From: a virus
Strand: one strand, 5' to 3'
Virus genome (UHGV): UHGV-0294963
Length of the DNA: 64,000 bases
The position numbers and the translations under genes are program-made. The notes under the pieces are model-generated. The model did no database searches and had not been told where the DNA came from. It saw only the letters and a program-made list of their open reading frames with translations. Of this stretch, positions 46,818 to 56,948 are shown piece after piece. The first letter of the stretch is position 1. Each line of letters starts with the position of its first letter.

Positions 46818-47702
46818 TCACTTCCTTTTTAAAATCTGAACAACAGTACATCTGCTTTTCTTCTCGAGCTCCCAGCGGTTGTCGCCGTAGAAGATATGCT
46901 CACCGTGCTCATTATAAGCATCAAGATACCAGTATGTATCATCTTCGTCCTCAACACCTGCTACGAGTGTACCGCCGGTAAGGTGTCTTGCAATAAGAAC
47001 AGTATCAAAGCTAAGAAGTAGCACCTGGGCTTGCTTCAATAAAGCGGCTTTTCGGATTGAAACTGCCTCATTGATTTTGTCTTCGAACATATCTGGTGTA
47101 ATATGTTCTTTGAATTCGTAGATTACTCTATTATCATATTTTGGGAATCGATACTGCGCATTGTGAACCTTTCCGCCGATGTATTCGACCATTTCCCAAT
47201 ATTCACCTCTGTCGAAGGTAAGTCTGCACATACGATAATCGTTCTTTACTCGAACAACCCACCACGTTTCCTCAGTGATTGCTCTCAGCTTTGAACGAGT
47301 TTGCGTGGTAGCTGCTGTGGTTTGTGTCTGCACCTGTGTATTAGGCTGTATGGTAAGAACCTTAGGCTTGCTGTTGATTACAGGTAAGCATAACTTGCGT
47401 TCTTTCACAATGTAGAACTGGTCGAAATATGACTGAAGACAATGTAGAACGCTGAACGGAACTGTATCAAGCGGGTTGTTCTCTACCAACTCATCTCTGC
47501 ACGTACCCATATCACGCTTAATGAACGGAAACAGGTTCATCACCCTATCTAACAATTCCATCACTGTCTGCTTCGCATTCGGAGTCCAGGATTTTAGAGC
47601 TGTAGAAATTCTGTAAGAACAAGAGCACAGCTCCTTACGCTGGTCTACATCCATTGCTAAATATAAAGGTCTTACAAATGCGTACATCAAACCGCCTCCC
47701 AT
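46818..47702 (-). CDS. hypothetical protein (294 aa)
   Basis: ORF with a promoter motif (AACTTCG, 21 nt, TATAAT) at 47725..47758. Confidence 0.45.
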   Translation of the reverse strand: MGGGLMYAFVRPLYLAMDVDQRKELCSCSYRISTALKSWTPNAKQTVMELLDRVMNLFPFIKRDMGTCRDELVENNPLDTVPFSVLHCLQSYFDQFYIVKERKLCLPVINSKPKVLTIQPNTQVQTQTTAATTQTRSKLRAITEETWWVVRVKNDYRMCRLTFDRGEYWEMVEYIGGKVHNAQYRFPKYDNRVIYEFKEHITPDMFEDKINEAVSIRKAALLKQAQVLLLSFDTVLIARHLTGGTLVAGVEDEDDTYWYLDAYNEHGEHIFYGDNRWELEKKSRCTVVQILKRK

Positions 47703-47838
47703 AATATTTTCTTGTTACATACACATTATACAAGAAAACACCGAGGGCTTTCGAAGTTAAAGAACACCTCGCACTGCTTAACTGCTACCAGGTTTCACAA
47801 ACAAATACACAAAGTAAACCACTGCATTTAAGCAAAAC

Positions 47839-48396
47839 CTACTCTGGTACATTCGCTTCTGCGTGCTCCAGAATTGCATCTATATCAGCAGTGGTAAACT
47901 CCAGCATATTCACCTGATTAAAGTAGCCAACCAAGAATTTTGCTGATTGTTCAGGTTCAACCCAGCTTAGCTTAAATGCCACGCCTATAGGAACGTCGTT
48001 CGCATCCAAAATAGCGGCACAGCTGTACCTGCCAGCATCGACGTCAGTAGGAGCAATACCGTCAGATGTTATCATGTCTGCATACGGTACTGTAACCACG
48101 TCGCCTTGAGACCAACCAGTCTGATGTCTGATACACAGAATACTACCTGTTTGCGGCATACCAGCACCGTTCGGGTTAATAAGAATGGGTCTTCCAGAAG
48201 CGTCACCGATGTAGAACTCACCGGTGTCCAGTATAATCGCTGGCTCACCTGGGTAAAGTTTCATCAGATTTCTATTCTGAGAAAACCCACGTTTAATCTG
48301 TATCAGGTCATAGCCTTCTTCATTCCTTGCCAACGACAACAACCAGGTACAACCCTTGCAGCACTTCTTGCCTGCTGTAGACAGAAAGTATTTCAT
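47839..48396 (-). CDS. hypothetical protein (185 aa)
   Basis: ORF downstream of the primase gene. Confidence 0.4.
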   Translation of the reverse strand: MKYFLSTAGKKCCKGCTWLLSLARNEEGYDLIQIKRGFSQNRNLMKLYPGEPAIILDTGEFYIGDASGRPILINPNGAGMPQTGSILCIRHQTGWSQGDVVTVPYADMITSDGIAPTDVDAGRYSCAAILDANDVPIGVAFKLSWVEPEQSAKFLVGYFNQVNMLEFTTADIDAILEHAEANVPE

Positions 48397-48441
48397 AACA
48401 TCACCTCCTATTTATTCTAATATAGGTGATGAAATCAACTG

Positions 48442-49482
48442 TTATCGCTTGAGAGTATATAACACTCGCATAACATATTCACTCAGGTCATTCACATCCT
48501 TCTTAGGGAGCATTGGAATAATCGAGGTACGAGACTTCAGAGCTTGTTGAAGTTTAATTGCACCTTTCATACCTGCGTTGTCTCCGTCCATACAAATCAG
48601 AAACTCACGAATGTCCGTTGTATTTAGAAAATCTATCTGGGTACCCGAACCCGTACCTAGTAATGCCCACGCTGGTATACCATGACCCCAGAACGTCTGC
48701 GCATTGATAATAGACTCCACCAGTACTACTCGTTTAGCAAAGATACTATTATTCGGAACAATCTTATTAAACTCAAACACACCATAGACGGGTTTATCCA
48801 CACCGAGTGGATAGTTATACCATTTCTTATCCACAGCACGTCTTACGACAAATGCTACAGAACCGTCAGGTCTTTTCACAGGGAAGGTTACTGAATTGGT
48901 AACTGGGTCAAACCCCGTATCGAACACACGCTGAATAATAGGTTTGATATGACGAACGTCAGTTAGATAAGGAACCGAAGTAGTGCGATAAGACATCAAT
49001 TCTACCTCGGTGACTTCAGGAGGCTTAATCGGTGTTCTAGGAGCAAGTGTTATGTTGCCTGACCTGTCGACAAACTCTATATCAGATATAGTCTGTATAA
49101 AATCGAGTCCATATCTATCACTCGCTTCATGATTTGTGAGGTGATTTACCAGTGATATGATTGTGCCCTTAGCATCACAAGCAAAACAGTGATATTTACC
49201 ATAATGCGGATTGGCACGGTTGTGACATATTCCGAACGAGGGGTGCTGTTCATTACCCATACCGTGAAATGGACATTGAGTTAAGATATCATCACCGGAC
49301 TCGTTCCAGATACGAAAGAACGAAGTTGACGCCCGGAGAGCGTCGAACACGGCGTCTACATCAATTGACCTTAAATCAACCTGCTGCTGCATTACCAAAG
49401 AAAGCACCTCCCTGTCCTGAATCACCGCGAGATTGGATATAACCATGGTCAGGGTCCCAGGTATATGTAAAGTGTTCACCAA
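48442..49482 (-). CDS. DnaG-like DNA primase (zinc-binding domain plus TOPRIM)
   Basis: CPFHG...HPSF...CFAC zinc finger. TOPRIM-like VVLVES...ICMDGDNAG. The start may be an internal Met (about 49392) given the 107 nt overlap with the helicase gene. Confidence 0.65.
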   Translation of the reverse strand: MVNTLHIPGTLTMVISNLAVIQDREVLSLVMQQQVDLRSIDVDAVFDALRASTSFFRIWNESGDDILTQCPFHGMGNEQHPSFGICHNRANPHYGKYHCFACDAKGTIISLVNHLTNHEASDRYGLDFIQTISDIEFVDRSGNITLAPRTPIKPPEVTEVELMSYRTTSVPYLTDVRHIKPIIQRVFDTGFDPVTNSVTFPVKRPDGSVAFVVRRAVDKKWYNYPLGVDKPVYGVFEFNKIVPNNSIFAKRVVLVESIINAQTFWGHGIPAWALLGTGSGTQIDFLNTTDIREFLICMDGDNAGMKGAIKLQQALKSRTSIIPMLPKKDVNDLSEYVMRVLYTLKR

Positions 49483-50641
49483 ACCTGCAGTTACGTCCTT
49501 TACCTATCTCAAGCTGAATTACCTGATGTGAATCCTCCGGATAAGCAATCGACATAACGAATGATGCGTGTATGTTCAAACCATCACCACCGCGAGCAGT
49601 TGATACATCAGGGTTCTGTGACGTATCTGAACCACCCCTGTTCGCCTGCTGAGTCACACCTATAGGACAACCTGTCTCTACGCTAACAGACATCAAGTCT
49701 TCAGCTACATCAGCAGTCGTACTGGTTTCGCTCTTATAAGCCGCATTGATACGCTCATTCTCGACATAAGTAATACCGTCAAGTAGTAACAAATCTAAAT
49801 TAGCAGTTTCAATCCAAGTTCTAAGTTTAGACGGAGTAATATGACCATTAAACTCCTTTCGGGACCTTATCAGAATACCCTCTTTTCCTTGCATTTCTTG
49901 AACGTAGCTGTTATAGGCGTTCATGTCTACAGCATCACCACGACGGAGTGCTGAATTGGAAATGCCTGACAAGAACGTGTCTATACGATAACCGATTGCG
50001 TCTTGACTCATCTCGATGGACGCGATTCCAACACGAAAACCGGCTCTCCAAGCAGCAACTGCTGTATAGATAAGAATCCAAGTCTTACCCATACCCAGTC
50101 TAGCAAGTATCGAGAACAGTTCACCAGATTTAGCCCAACCTCCAATAAGGGCGTCAATTTCAGGAAATCCAGTTGGAATGAACGCATTCGGGTCATTTGC
50201 TGTCTTAAGATACTTTTCTTGTCTATTACCTATCTGCTTAATCGCATCATAATCAGCATGCGTTGGAATTATAGCTCTGAGTTCATTTATCTTATCTTCC
50301 ACCAAACCCATAAGCTGAATACCATCATCTGGAAATCGTTGCTGACCTTCCTCGATTGCTCTAGATAGCTCATTCCATACATAATTCTCTTTAATCTTGT
50401 AAACAAGAAACTCACAGTCCTGAGAAACCTCATTCAGATTAGAACAAGGAAAATTCGGGAACTGTGACATCAGCTCACCTAAAGTTACAGAACCATACTG
50501 AAGATAACGAGTACGAACAAATTCAAGATATCGATAACTTACTCCGAAAAATTTATAGGTACATACATCTTGGTACTCAAAATACTGAATACACTGGTTG
50601 TTCATAACCATATTGATTATGATTTGTTCTGGTACAGTCAT
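49376..50641 (-). CDS. DnaB-like replicative helicase
   Basis: RecA-like domain with Walker A (ARLGMGKT), DnaB-like organisation and a Gly-rich C-terminus. Confidence 0.65.
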   Translation of the reverse strand: MTVPEQIIINMVMNNQCIQYFEYQDVCTYKFFGVSYRYLEFVRTRYLQYGSVTLGELMSQFPNFPCSNLNEVSQDCEFLVYKIKENYVWNELSRAIEEGQQRFPDDGIQLMGLVEDKINELRAIIPTHADYDAIKQIGNRQEKYLKTANDPNAFIPTGFPEIDALIGGWAKSGELFSILARLGMGKTWILIYTAVAAWRAGFRVGIASIEMSQDAIGYRIDTFLSGISNSALRRGDAVDMNAYNSYVQEMQGKEGILIRSRKEFNGHITPSKLRTWIETANLDLLLLDGITYVENERINAAYKSETSTTADVAEDLMSVSVETGCPIGVTQQANRGGSDTSQNPDVSTARGGDGLNIHASFVMSIAYPEDSHQVIQLEIGKGRNCRFGEHFTYTWDPDHGYIQSRGDSGQGGAFFGNAAAG

Positions 50642-50661
50642 CTAAACACCTCCTTCATGAC

Positions 50662-51831
50662 TTAGCCTAACGCGATTAGTACAGACTCCTTGGCACGAGT
50701 TATAGCCGTATAAATCGCCGACTTCTTCATGAAAGAGCACTGCTGATAGATAACGTTCTGCCACTCAGAGCCCTGACTCAGGTGTACAGTAAGTGCGTAT
50801 CCGTATTCAATCTTAGGCGGACGTACTGCTGCAGGAAAAAGTTCAGGACGAGTTGTACCTACGAAACTGAACGTACCTATATCCGGCGTCTCCATAACCA
50901 TATCAACAAGAGAATAGTTATGATTGTTGTGCTTAATCTTGCTGATTACACCTTGAGCACCATTCGTAAGTACAAATCCTTCTGAGGATGTGATGTTCGT
51001 ATTCGTACGGCAAATTACTCTATCGCCTACACTAAGCGGCTTAGACCTCTGTCTAAAGTCTAATGCAAGACTTCTCATTCGGCTGTTTAGCTCAGTTCTA
51101 GAAACATTTGTATCGGTTAAGACAATGTCTGCGTAGCAAAGTTCCTCATCAGAAACCGGTCCCTTACGAACCATACACGAACCATAACTACCTACCTTAA
51201 GTCGTCCTTGAAGAACTTCTTGCGACAGGTATATCACAGGACTACCTTGTGCCTGACGCACAATCTCGGTCAGATAATAATCACAGGTTTTGAACACTGA
51301 TGCGTCATTTACAGGAGGAAGCTGGTTTGGGTCACCCACCAGAAGTGTAGGGATACCGAACGACAACACGTCATTCAGGAGATTACCTCCAACCATACTA
51401 CCCTCATCGATAATAATGCACTTTACTCGGGCATCAAGCTCTTCCTTCAAAATGAAACGAGCTTCATCAGAACCGAAATCCCAACCTCGGTTCATACTCT
51501 GCTCAATAATATTAGCCAGATTCTTAAATTCACTTTCACCTGACGTTTCGAAGTCGATTGCTCCATCCTCAGAATTTTCTGACTGGACGTGATAAATCTG
51601 AGAATGAATTGTACGAGCCGGAAGAGCTGCTTTGATAAGATTGTTCGCAGCTTTACCTGTAGGTGTAATAAGAAGACAATTGTCAACACCGATTGCTTCT
51701 GCAACAAGAGCTATAAGATAACTCTTACCGCTACCTGCGGGCCCTCCGAGCTTAAACACATCAGATTCACGGTTTTCATACCAAGACATAATTCGCTTAT
51801 ACGCAACTTCCTGGCTTGCTGTAAGTGCCAT
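50662..51831 (-). CDS. superfamily I helicase (Dda/RecD-like)
   Basis: GGPAGSGKS Walker A, VGDPNQLPPV motif. 389 aa. Confidence 0.7.
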   Translation of the reverse strand: MALTASQEVAYKRIMSWYENRESDVFKLGGPAGSGKSYLIALVAEAIGVDNCLLITPTGKAANNLIKAALPARTIHSQIYHVQSENSEDGAIDFETSGESEFKNLANIIEQSMNRGWDFGSDEARFILKEELDARVKCIIIDEGSMVGGNLLNDVLSFGIPTLLVGDPNQLPPVNDASVFKTCDYYLTEIVRQAQGSPVIYLSQEVLQGRLKVGSYGSCMVRKGPVSDEELCYADIVLTDTNVSRTELNSRMRSLALDFRQRSKPLSVGDRVICRTNTNITSSEGFVLTNGAQGVISKIKHNNHNYSLVDMVMETPDIGTFSFVGTTRPELFPAAVRPPKIEYGYALTVHLSQGSEWQNVIYQQCSFMKKSAIYTAITRAKESVLIALG

Positions 51832-52382
51832 TAGAATTCCTCCTTTATCTTTGCATCTCTTGCAATTCTATACATAATACTGCCTGCACAATTCAACGGG
51901 TCAGTCATAGACGTCGTTACAACGGTGATACAAGACTTATTCTGCCTAGCATCGTAGATAGCCTGAAGCATCAGGTCATCAATCTGAGTCAGATAAGAAA
52001 ACAGACCGTCAAGTACCAGACAACGAGCTCGAACTGCTCTTTGAACCATAGCCTGAACTGCATTGTCTCTCGCATATCTGTCTTGCGTTCGATTTTGATA
52101 GCACAGCTGATTAACTGAAATGTATAAACCAACGTCCTGAGTGTCAACGATGTATCTACGTGAATTTAGATAAGACATAAGTATAGCAGCTGCATTTGTA
52201 GTCTTACCTCTCTTCAGGCCGCTCAGCAAGACTACACCGTCAAATGTCTGAATATTATTACAGAGCTCGATGATATTCGGACGAATATATTCTTTAGAAA
52301 TGTTATTCATATCCTGAAATTTCTCAGGTACTTCTGCCTTACGCAACAACGTAGGAAACACGTCTACTACTGGATTATTCAT
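51831..52382 (-). CDS. P-loop NTPase (DnaC-like loader or dNMP-kinase-like)
   Basis: Walker A LSGLKRGKTT. 183 aa. Confidence 0.35.
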   Translation of the reverse strand: MNNPVVDVFPTLLRKAEVPEKFQDMNNISKEYIRPNIIELCNNIQTFDGVVLLSGLKRGKTTNAAAILMSYLNSRRYIVDTQDVGLYISVNQLCYQNRTQDRYARDNAVQAMVQRAVRARCLVLDGLFSYLTQIDDLMLQAIYDARQNKSCITVVTTSMTDPLNCAGSIMYRIARDAKIKEEF

Positions 52383-52806
52383 TGTCGTCTAACTCCTCTC
52401 TCAATACTGCAAGCATATCAGGATTATTCTTTGTATCATTCCAATATGGGTCTTGGTAATAAGATATATTCGCATACATCCTATCTTGCTCAGATGTGAA
52501 CACGATGTGATTCCACTTTCTTGCTGTAGCTGTAAGAAACAGATAAGTCAGTTCTGGGATGGTTATCGTGCCTTTAGCAGCAATCTTTCTCACACGAGAC
52601 TGCTTATTAGAATCAGCAATATCATATACCTTAAGCACTTCATCTAGACAAGCATCCCATTCATTTATACTCAACTCCTTATTCTTCTTAACCCTCATTT
52701 CGAGATAACCAGCAGCAGCGTCGAGTAAACTCTGGTCTTTAGGAAACCGACTCAGAACATGCGACCAATAAGGCTGTGGCAGATTATTTCTCATAGTAAT
52801 ACGCAC
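52375..52806 (-). CDS. hypothetical protein (143 aa)
   Basis: ORF coupled to its neighbours. Confidence 0.4.
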   Translation of the reverse strand: MRITMRNNLPQPYWSHVLSRFPKDQSLLDAAAGYLEMRVKKNKELSINEWDACLDEVLKVYDIADSNKQSRVRKIAAKGTITIPELTYLFLTATARKWNHIVFTSEQDRMYANISYYQDPYWNDTKNNPDMLAVLREELDDNE

Positions 52807-52977
52807 CCCTTATGTATAACCTTTATTTTGCTTACGTTGTGCTGTGGTTTTGCGTGTGGAACCATATTATAGCACATACAGTTATTAAACACACAACCAC
52901 GTAGCAAAACCACGCACAAGTGGTGACAATAAATGTCACATTATAATTATATAATAACCGACTAACGATACACGAAG

Positions 52978-53967
52978 TTATTTATAACGTGGTGTTGGAT
53001 ACCAATATCCATGTACCACAGGACTAACCTTAGAATTACCAACTCTTCTAAACCCACCGGTTTTTGTATAGACAATGGGAACACCGTCGGCGTAAAGCTG
53101 AACTCCCAATGCGAGTAGATACTCAAGAGGAACCGCGGTATATCCCGGTACAATCATTTCCTGCTGTTTCTTGTAAGCACTGTTCTGAGGGTTATTCACC
53201 ATCTGTTTAGCTACCGATAACGGCATTATCATATTCGTAGTTCTCATCAGCATAATGTTCGGCTTACCAGTACCAGTCATCTCTAAACGGTTATCAACAG
53301 TTTCCACAAGGTTTTCAACATTATTCTGAACCAGTTCTGTGTGGTTTTCAACACTCTCAACAGGATTTTCAACAATAGGTGAAATCGGTTCTTGAATATA
53401 CCCCTTCTTGAGGTCTTTCGGTATAGAACCCATACGCTTGGTCACATCTTTTATAGCCTTCTCAATCTTAGGTATAACGCTGTAGGTTATATTAGAATAC
53501 TCAGCTGAGCCAGCATCTGATTCTGGATTAAGACAATGCTGCTTCCATAGCTCATCGCGACGTGCATTAGCTATATCTAAATCTCGCTTCAACTGGCTTT
53601 GCTCACGGATTGCCATACCGGTTTCTATAAGACTATCAACTGTCTGGACAGCATCAGACCGATATTGATTTTTCGCCCAATTAAATATCTCTTCATCAGA
53701 AGCATCCTGGAACATATAGGTAGTTCTCTGCTTAACTAACGTACCCTGCATAGCATTCTCAATGTAGTTTTCCAGAAGTTTTTCTAAATCAGGTAAAGAA
53801 TCCTCTACTGGATTTATTACCACGATAGGACGATTTTCTATCCCCTGTTGCTCGAAAACGTGTAGCAGTTGATTAAGGGTATCCGCATGCGTTACTGGAC
53901 TGCCTAATGTGAACACCTTATTCTGTATCTGAATCTGCGTCTGACCTTCTAGGTTCACTCTGCTCAC
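52978..53967 (-). CDS. hypothetical protein (329 aa)
   Basis: ORF. The C-terminal half contains VENxVE repeats. Confidence 0.4.
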   Translation of the reverse strand: MSRVNLEGQTQIQIQNKVFTLGSPVTHADTLNQLLHVFEQQGIENRPIVVINPVEDSLPDLEKLLENYIENAMQGTLVKQRTTYMFQDASDEEIFNWAKNQYRSDAVQTVDSLIETGMAIREQSQLKRDLDIANARRDELWKQHCLNPESDAGSAEYSNITYSVIPKIEKAIKDVTKRMGSIPKDLKKGYIQEPISPIVENPVESVENHTELVQNNVENLVETVDNRLEMTGTGKPNIMLMRTTNMIMPLSVAKQMVNNPQNSAYKKQQEMIVPGYTAVPLEYLLALGVQLYADGVPIVYTKTGGFRRVGNSKVSPVVHGYWYPTPRYK

Positions 53968-54133
53968 CTCTCTTTTCTCCTATCTTGCGAACACGACTTC
54001 TCCTGTGCTTAGCCATACACACATCACCAGCTTCTTGGTTTATAGAGCCATGATTTTTCAGCGGACGCCCACAGTACCTGCAGTATCCGGTATTATTATT
54101 CTGTTGTCCAGAAGGGTTCGTAAAATGGTACAT
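53918..54133 (-). CDS. small zinc-ribbon protein
   Basis: CRYCGRP...H...C. Overlaps its neighbours at both ends. Confidence 0.3.
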   Translation of the reverse strand: MYHFTNPSGQQNNNTGYCRYCGRPLKNHGSINQEAGDVCMAKHRRSRVRKIGEKRGEQSEPRRSDADSDTE

Positions 54134-55002
54134 ACATACACCTCCAGTCCGGTTAACGCATCACGTTCACTTACCTTTATCTGCCGCCTCGATTGTAGAC
54201 CGAGCTTGTATAGATATATCCATTCTACCCATGGAATATTATGCAAACCACGACCCTGAAAATTCGTGTAAACAGCTTTTACCAAACCACCTTTTTCCCA
54301 ATAATCCTTACCGCAAGACACAAATCTCATTATCTGCTCGAGCCATCTGAATATCGAGGCGTAAACAAAGAACTCATTTCCCTTCTGTGCTTCTAGATAG
54401 GTAAAGATGAACGTAAAATCGCCATCTAATATGGCATCACAGAACGGTCCGGGTTCTTCGCTTATGTCAGATTGCATCCAAGGCTTATAGTAGGTATTAA
54501 ATACCTCAATATCAGACACACCAAGTTCAGATGCCATATCAAGAATCTGAAGCCCGAATAATCGCATCGTGCAGGGCTTATCTACATTCTTCTTCATATG
54601 GTCGATTATACTCTGACTCAACTTCTTCTTAGACAATATGTTACCAGCTTGTGCCCAAGTTAAATCTTCTATTACCAGAACATTGTTATCAAAGAACTCC
54701 AGAGTATTCTGCGAAACCTTTTTGATAGAAGTATATAGATAGACAATCTTACGATTGGTATTCTTATATTCCGGCTTTGGATTGTTAAGAACATCCATAT
54801 CATCGGTAAGAACAAATACCTGGTTATTACCAAGAACTCTACCCTTAGACTTCCAATCTATAGAGTCTACATAAGTCGGTGTTGCTTGGTGAGCCTTACA
54901 GAATTGTTTCAGGTATAGCGTTCTGAGGTCATAATCATTAGCCATGATTACGAACACGTTCGGCGGTGATTTTACGACTTCCTTGAACTGTGCAAGATTC
55001 AT
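54058..55002 (-). CDS. clamp-loader-associated protein (delta / HolA-like candidate)
   Basis: Position directly downstream of the delta-prime-like and tau/gamma genes. 314 aa. No motif. Confidence 0.3.
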   Translation of the reverse strand: MNLAQFKEVVKSPPNVFVIMANDYDLRTLYLKQFCKAHQATPTYVDSIDWKSKGRVLGNNQVFVLTDDMDVLNNPKPEYKNTNRKIVYLYTSIKKVSQNTLEFFDNNVLVIEDLTWAQAGNILSKKKLSQSIIDHMKKNVDKPCTMRLFGLQILDMASELGVSDIEVFNTYYKPWMQSDISEEPGPFCDAILDGDFTFIFTYLEAQKGNEFFVYASIFRWLEQIMRFVSCGKDYWEKGGLVKAVYTNFQGRGLHNIPWVEWIYLYKLGLQSRRQIKVSERDALTGLEVYVCTILRTLLDNRIIIPDTAGTVGVR

Positions 55003-55769
55003 TTACAAGCTACCTCCTTCCATAACTCAGCATAGAAATAGCACATAATATAACGGTCAAGGTCATAAAAATTCTGAGACAAAATCGAGAAACTATCCAT
55101 ATCAGAATAGAAACCCTTAGCAAGAAGATAGAAGTAATAGAAGTCCACATCATTCTCCTTCATATACCTACTTAACATATTTGCCTTATTCAAAACCACC
55201 GCTATTGGTTGTGTGAGCGAGTTTTTCAAATCACCCATCTGCTGTATCATATCCGGTAATGCTTGATACCCCTGCCAACCTATCAGATGTTGCAACTGAC
55301 CAGGAGTTTCTACTGCATAACTGATAACATTGATATACTGCTGCACCTGAGCCCTTTCAGAATCTGCACAGATTTCCATAATCTGCTCTGGTGTATAGGA
55401 TTCCATAGAGTAGCAAATACATCTTGATTTTATGGTGGGCAATATCGAGTTGCTAGCAGTGAGACAAAATCTAGCTTTCATTGGTGGCTCTTCTAAAACC
55501 TTGAGAAGCAAATTCTGAATACCTGGATGAAGTCTATCAACATCTGGTATCAGATACATAATCGGATTGGTCTGTGTCTTGATAAAATCCAGAGTTTCAC
55601 GAAACTCTGAAACTGTACCAGACACCTCATACACATATAATCCGAGGTCCTTATAAACCTGACGTATAAGCGTTTTCTTACCTGCATGAAAAGGTCCCTG
55701 AATAAGAATTGCACGAGCGTTAGTTCTAGATAAATTATCGATTAGAGTTTCCTGACCTATAAACTTCAT
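54999..55769 (-). CDS. clamp loader subunit (delta-prime / AAA+-like)
   Basis: IQGPFHAGKKTL Walker A-like, LLKVLEEPP motif. Confidence 0.55.
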   Translation of the reverse strand: MKFIGQETLIDNLSRTNARAILIQGPFHAGKKTLIRQVYKDLGLYVYEVSGTVSEFRETLDFIKTQTNPIMYLIPDVDRLHPGIQNLLLKVLEEPPMKARFCLTASNSILPTIKSRCICYSMESYTPEQIMEICADSERAQVQQYINVISYAVETPGQLQHLIGWQGYQALPDMIQQMGDLKNSLTQPIAVVLNKANMLSRYMKENDVDFYYFYLLAKGFYSDMDSFSILSQNFYDLDRYIMCYFYAELWKEVACK

Positions 55770-56770
55770 TAGAACTCACCTGCAATCTTTAAGAAATTCA
55801 CCTTCACCAGCGTATAAGGGTCCGGCTCCATCAGAATCAGCTGAACTAGACTATCCAGATTAGACAGAGTTTGAAACAGACGACCGTCTTGTGGTAACGT
55901 CAGAAGCTCCTTGCTAACCTCAAGAGGGAGTGCAACGTCTTCTGGTTTTACACCAAGCTGAAGCTCTACAGCCTGAAGTACAAATCTACGAAAATCCTGT
56001 ACCCAGGTTTTGAAGTCGATACCGTTTCGGTTACACTCGTCCAGGACCTCGATTACGCCCTTAAAGTCGTGAGCATAGAACGTCTTAAGAATCTTTGTCG
56101 GAATATCAAATCCAACCAGTCCTAAAGCAGTATTGATTACATCAAAATCAATCGCAACACCGTAACCTAAGACTTTATCCATCATCGTGATGGCATCACG
56201 CATACCACCGTTGGCAAGCTGCGCGATATACCTCAACGGTTCTCTAGCAACTCCCGTTACCCCTTCTTGCTCAAGAATCCAGAGCAGTCTATCTGTAACA
56301 TCATCGACATTGATACGAGCGAAGTCAAGACGAAGCACACGAGAAGTGATTGTGCTAGGAATCTTACGAGGGTCAGTCGTACAGAACAGGAGTACAACAG
56401 ATTCTGGTGGTTCCTCGACAAGTTTCAGTAACGCATTCCAAGCCTGAACGGTTAGCATATGACACTCGTCTAGAATAAAAATCTTATACTTAGTACCTAT
56501 AGGTTTATGTCTAGCATCAGAAATAATCTTACGAACACCTTCAACACCTGTATTATCAGCAGCATTGATTTCGTAGATATTTGCAGTACCATTCAATTCA
56601 TGAGCAAAGATGCGAGCACAGGTCGTCTTACCAGTGCCGGCTGAGCCTACAAACAAATAACCTGATTTGGGTTTAGCTTGTAAATGATTCCGAAGTACCT
56701 TCTTTGGGTTTTCTTGCCCTACAACGTCATCAAGTCTTGTAGGACGATAAACAGCAGCTAAATTTCGCAT
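55769..56770 (-). CDS. dnaX: DNA polymerase III gamma/tau-like clamp loader ATPase
   Basis: GSAGTGKTT Walker A, FILDECHML (Walker B DExx), LLKLVEEPP, SRV (arginine finger region). Confidence 0.8.
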   Translation of the reverse strand: MRNLAAVYRPTRLDDVVGQENPKKVLRNHLQAKPKSGYLFVGSAGTGKTTCARIFAHELNGTANIYEINAADNTGVEGVRKIISDARHKPIGTKYKIFILDECHMLTVQAWNALLKLVEEPPESVVLLFCTTDPRKIPSTITSRVLRLDFARINVDDVTDRLLWILEQEGVTGVAREPLRYIAQLANGGMRDAITMMDKVLGYGVAIDFDVINTALGLVGFDIPTKILKTFYAHDFKGVIEVLDECNRNGIDFKTWVQDFRRFVLQAVELQLGVKPEDVALPLEVSKELLTLPQDGRLFQTLSNLDSLVQLILMEPDPYTLVKVNFLKIAGEF

Positions 56771-56801
56771 AGCACACCTCCGTAGTTTTATTTACAAATA
56801 T

Positions 56802-56835
56802 ATTATACAACATTTAGCAACACATTACCGAAGTA
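56802..56835 (-). promoter_or_regulatory. promoter: TACTTCG - 21 nt - TATAAT upstream of dnaX
   Basis: ACTTCGGTAATGTGTTGCTAAATGTTGTATAAT on the minus strand. Confidence 0.45.
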
Positions 56836-56911
56836 ACGTAAATGCTTAAATACACTGATTTCATATAACCATTTGTACTGCGCAGCAAGCAGCAATTAAG
56901 CAACACCGGAA

Positions 56912-56948
56912 GATAAAAACACAGGTGAACTGTATTAGTTCACCTGTG
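56912..56948 (-). terminator. rho-independent terminator (11 bp perfect stem, then UUUUUAUCUU)
   Basis: cacaggtgaac-tgtatta-gttcacctgtg overlapping the stop codon of the 56935 gene, followed by an A-run on the plus strand. Confidence 0.55.
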
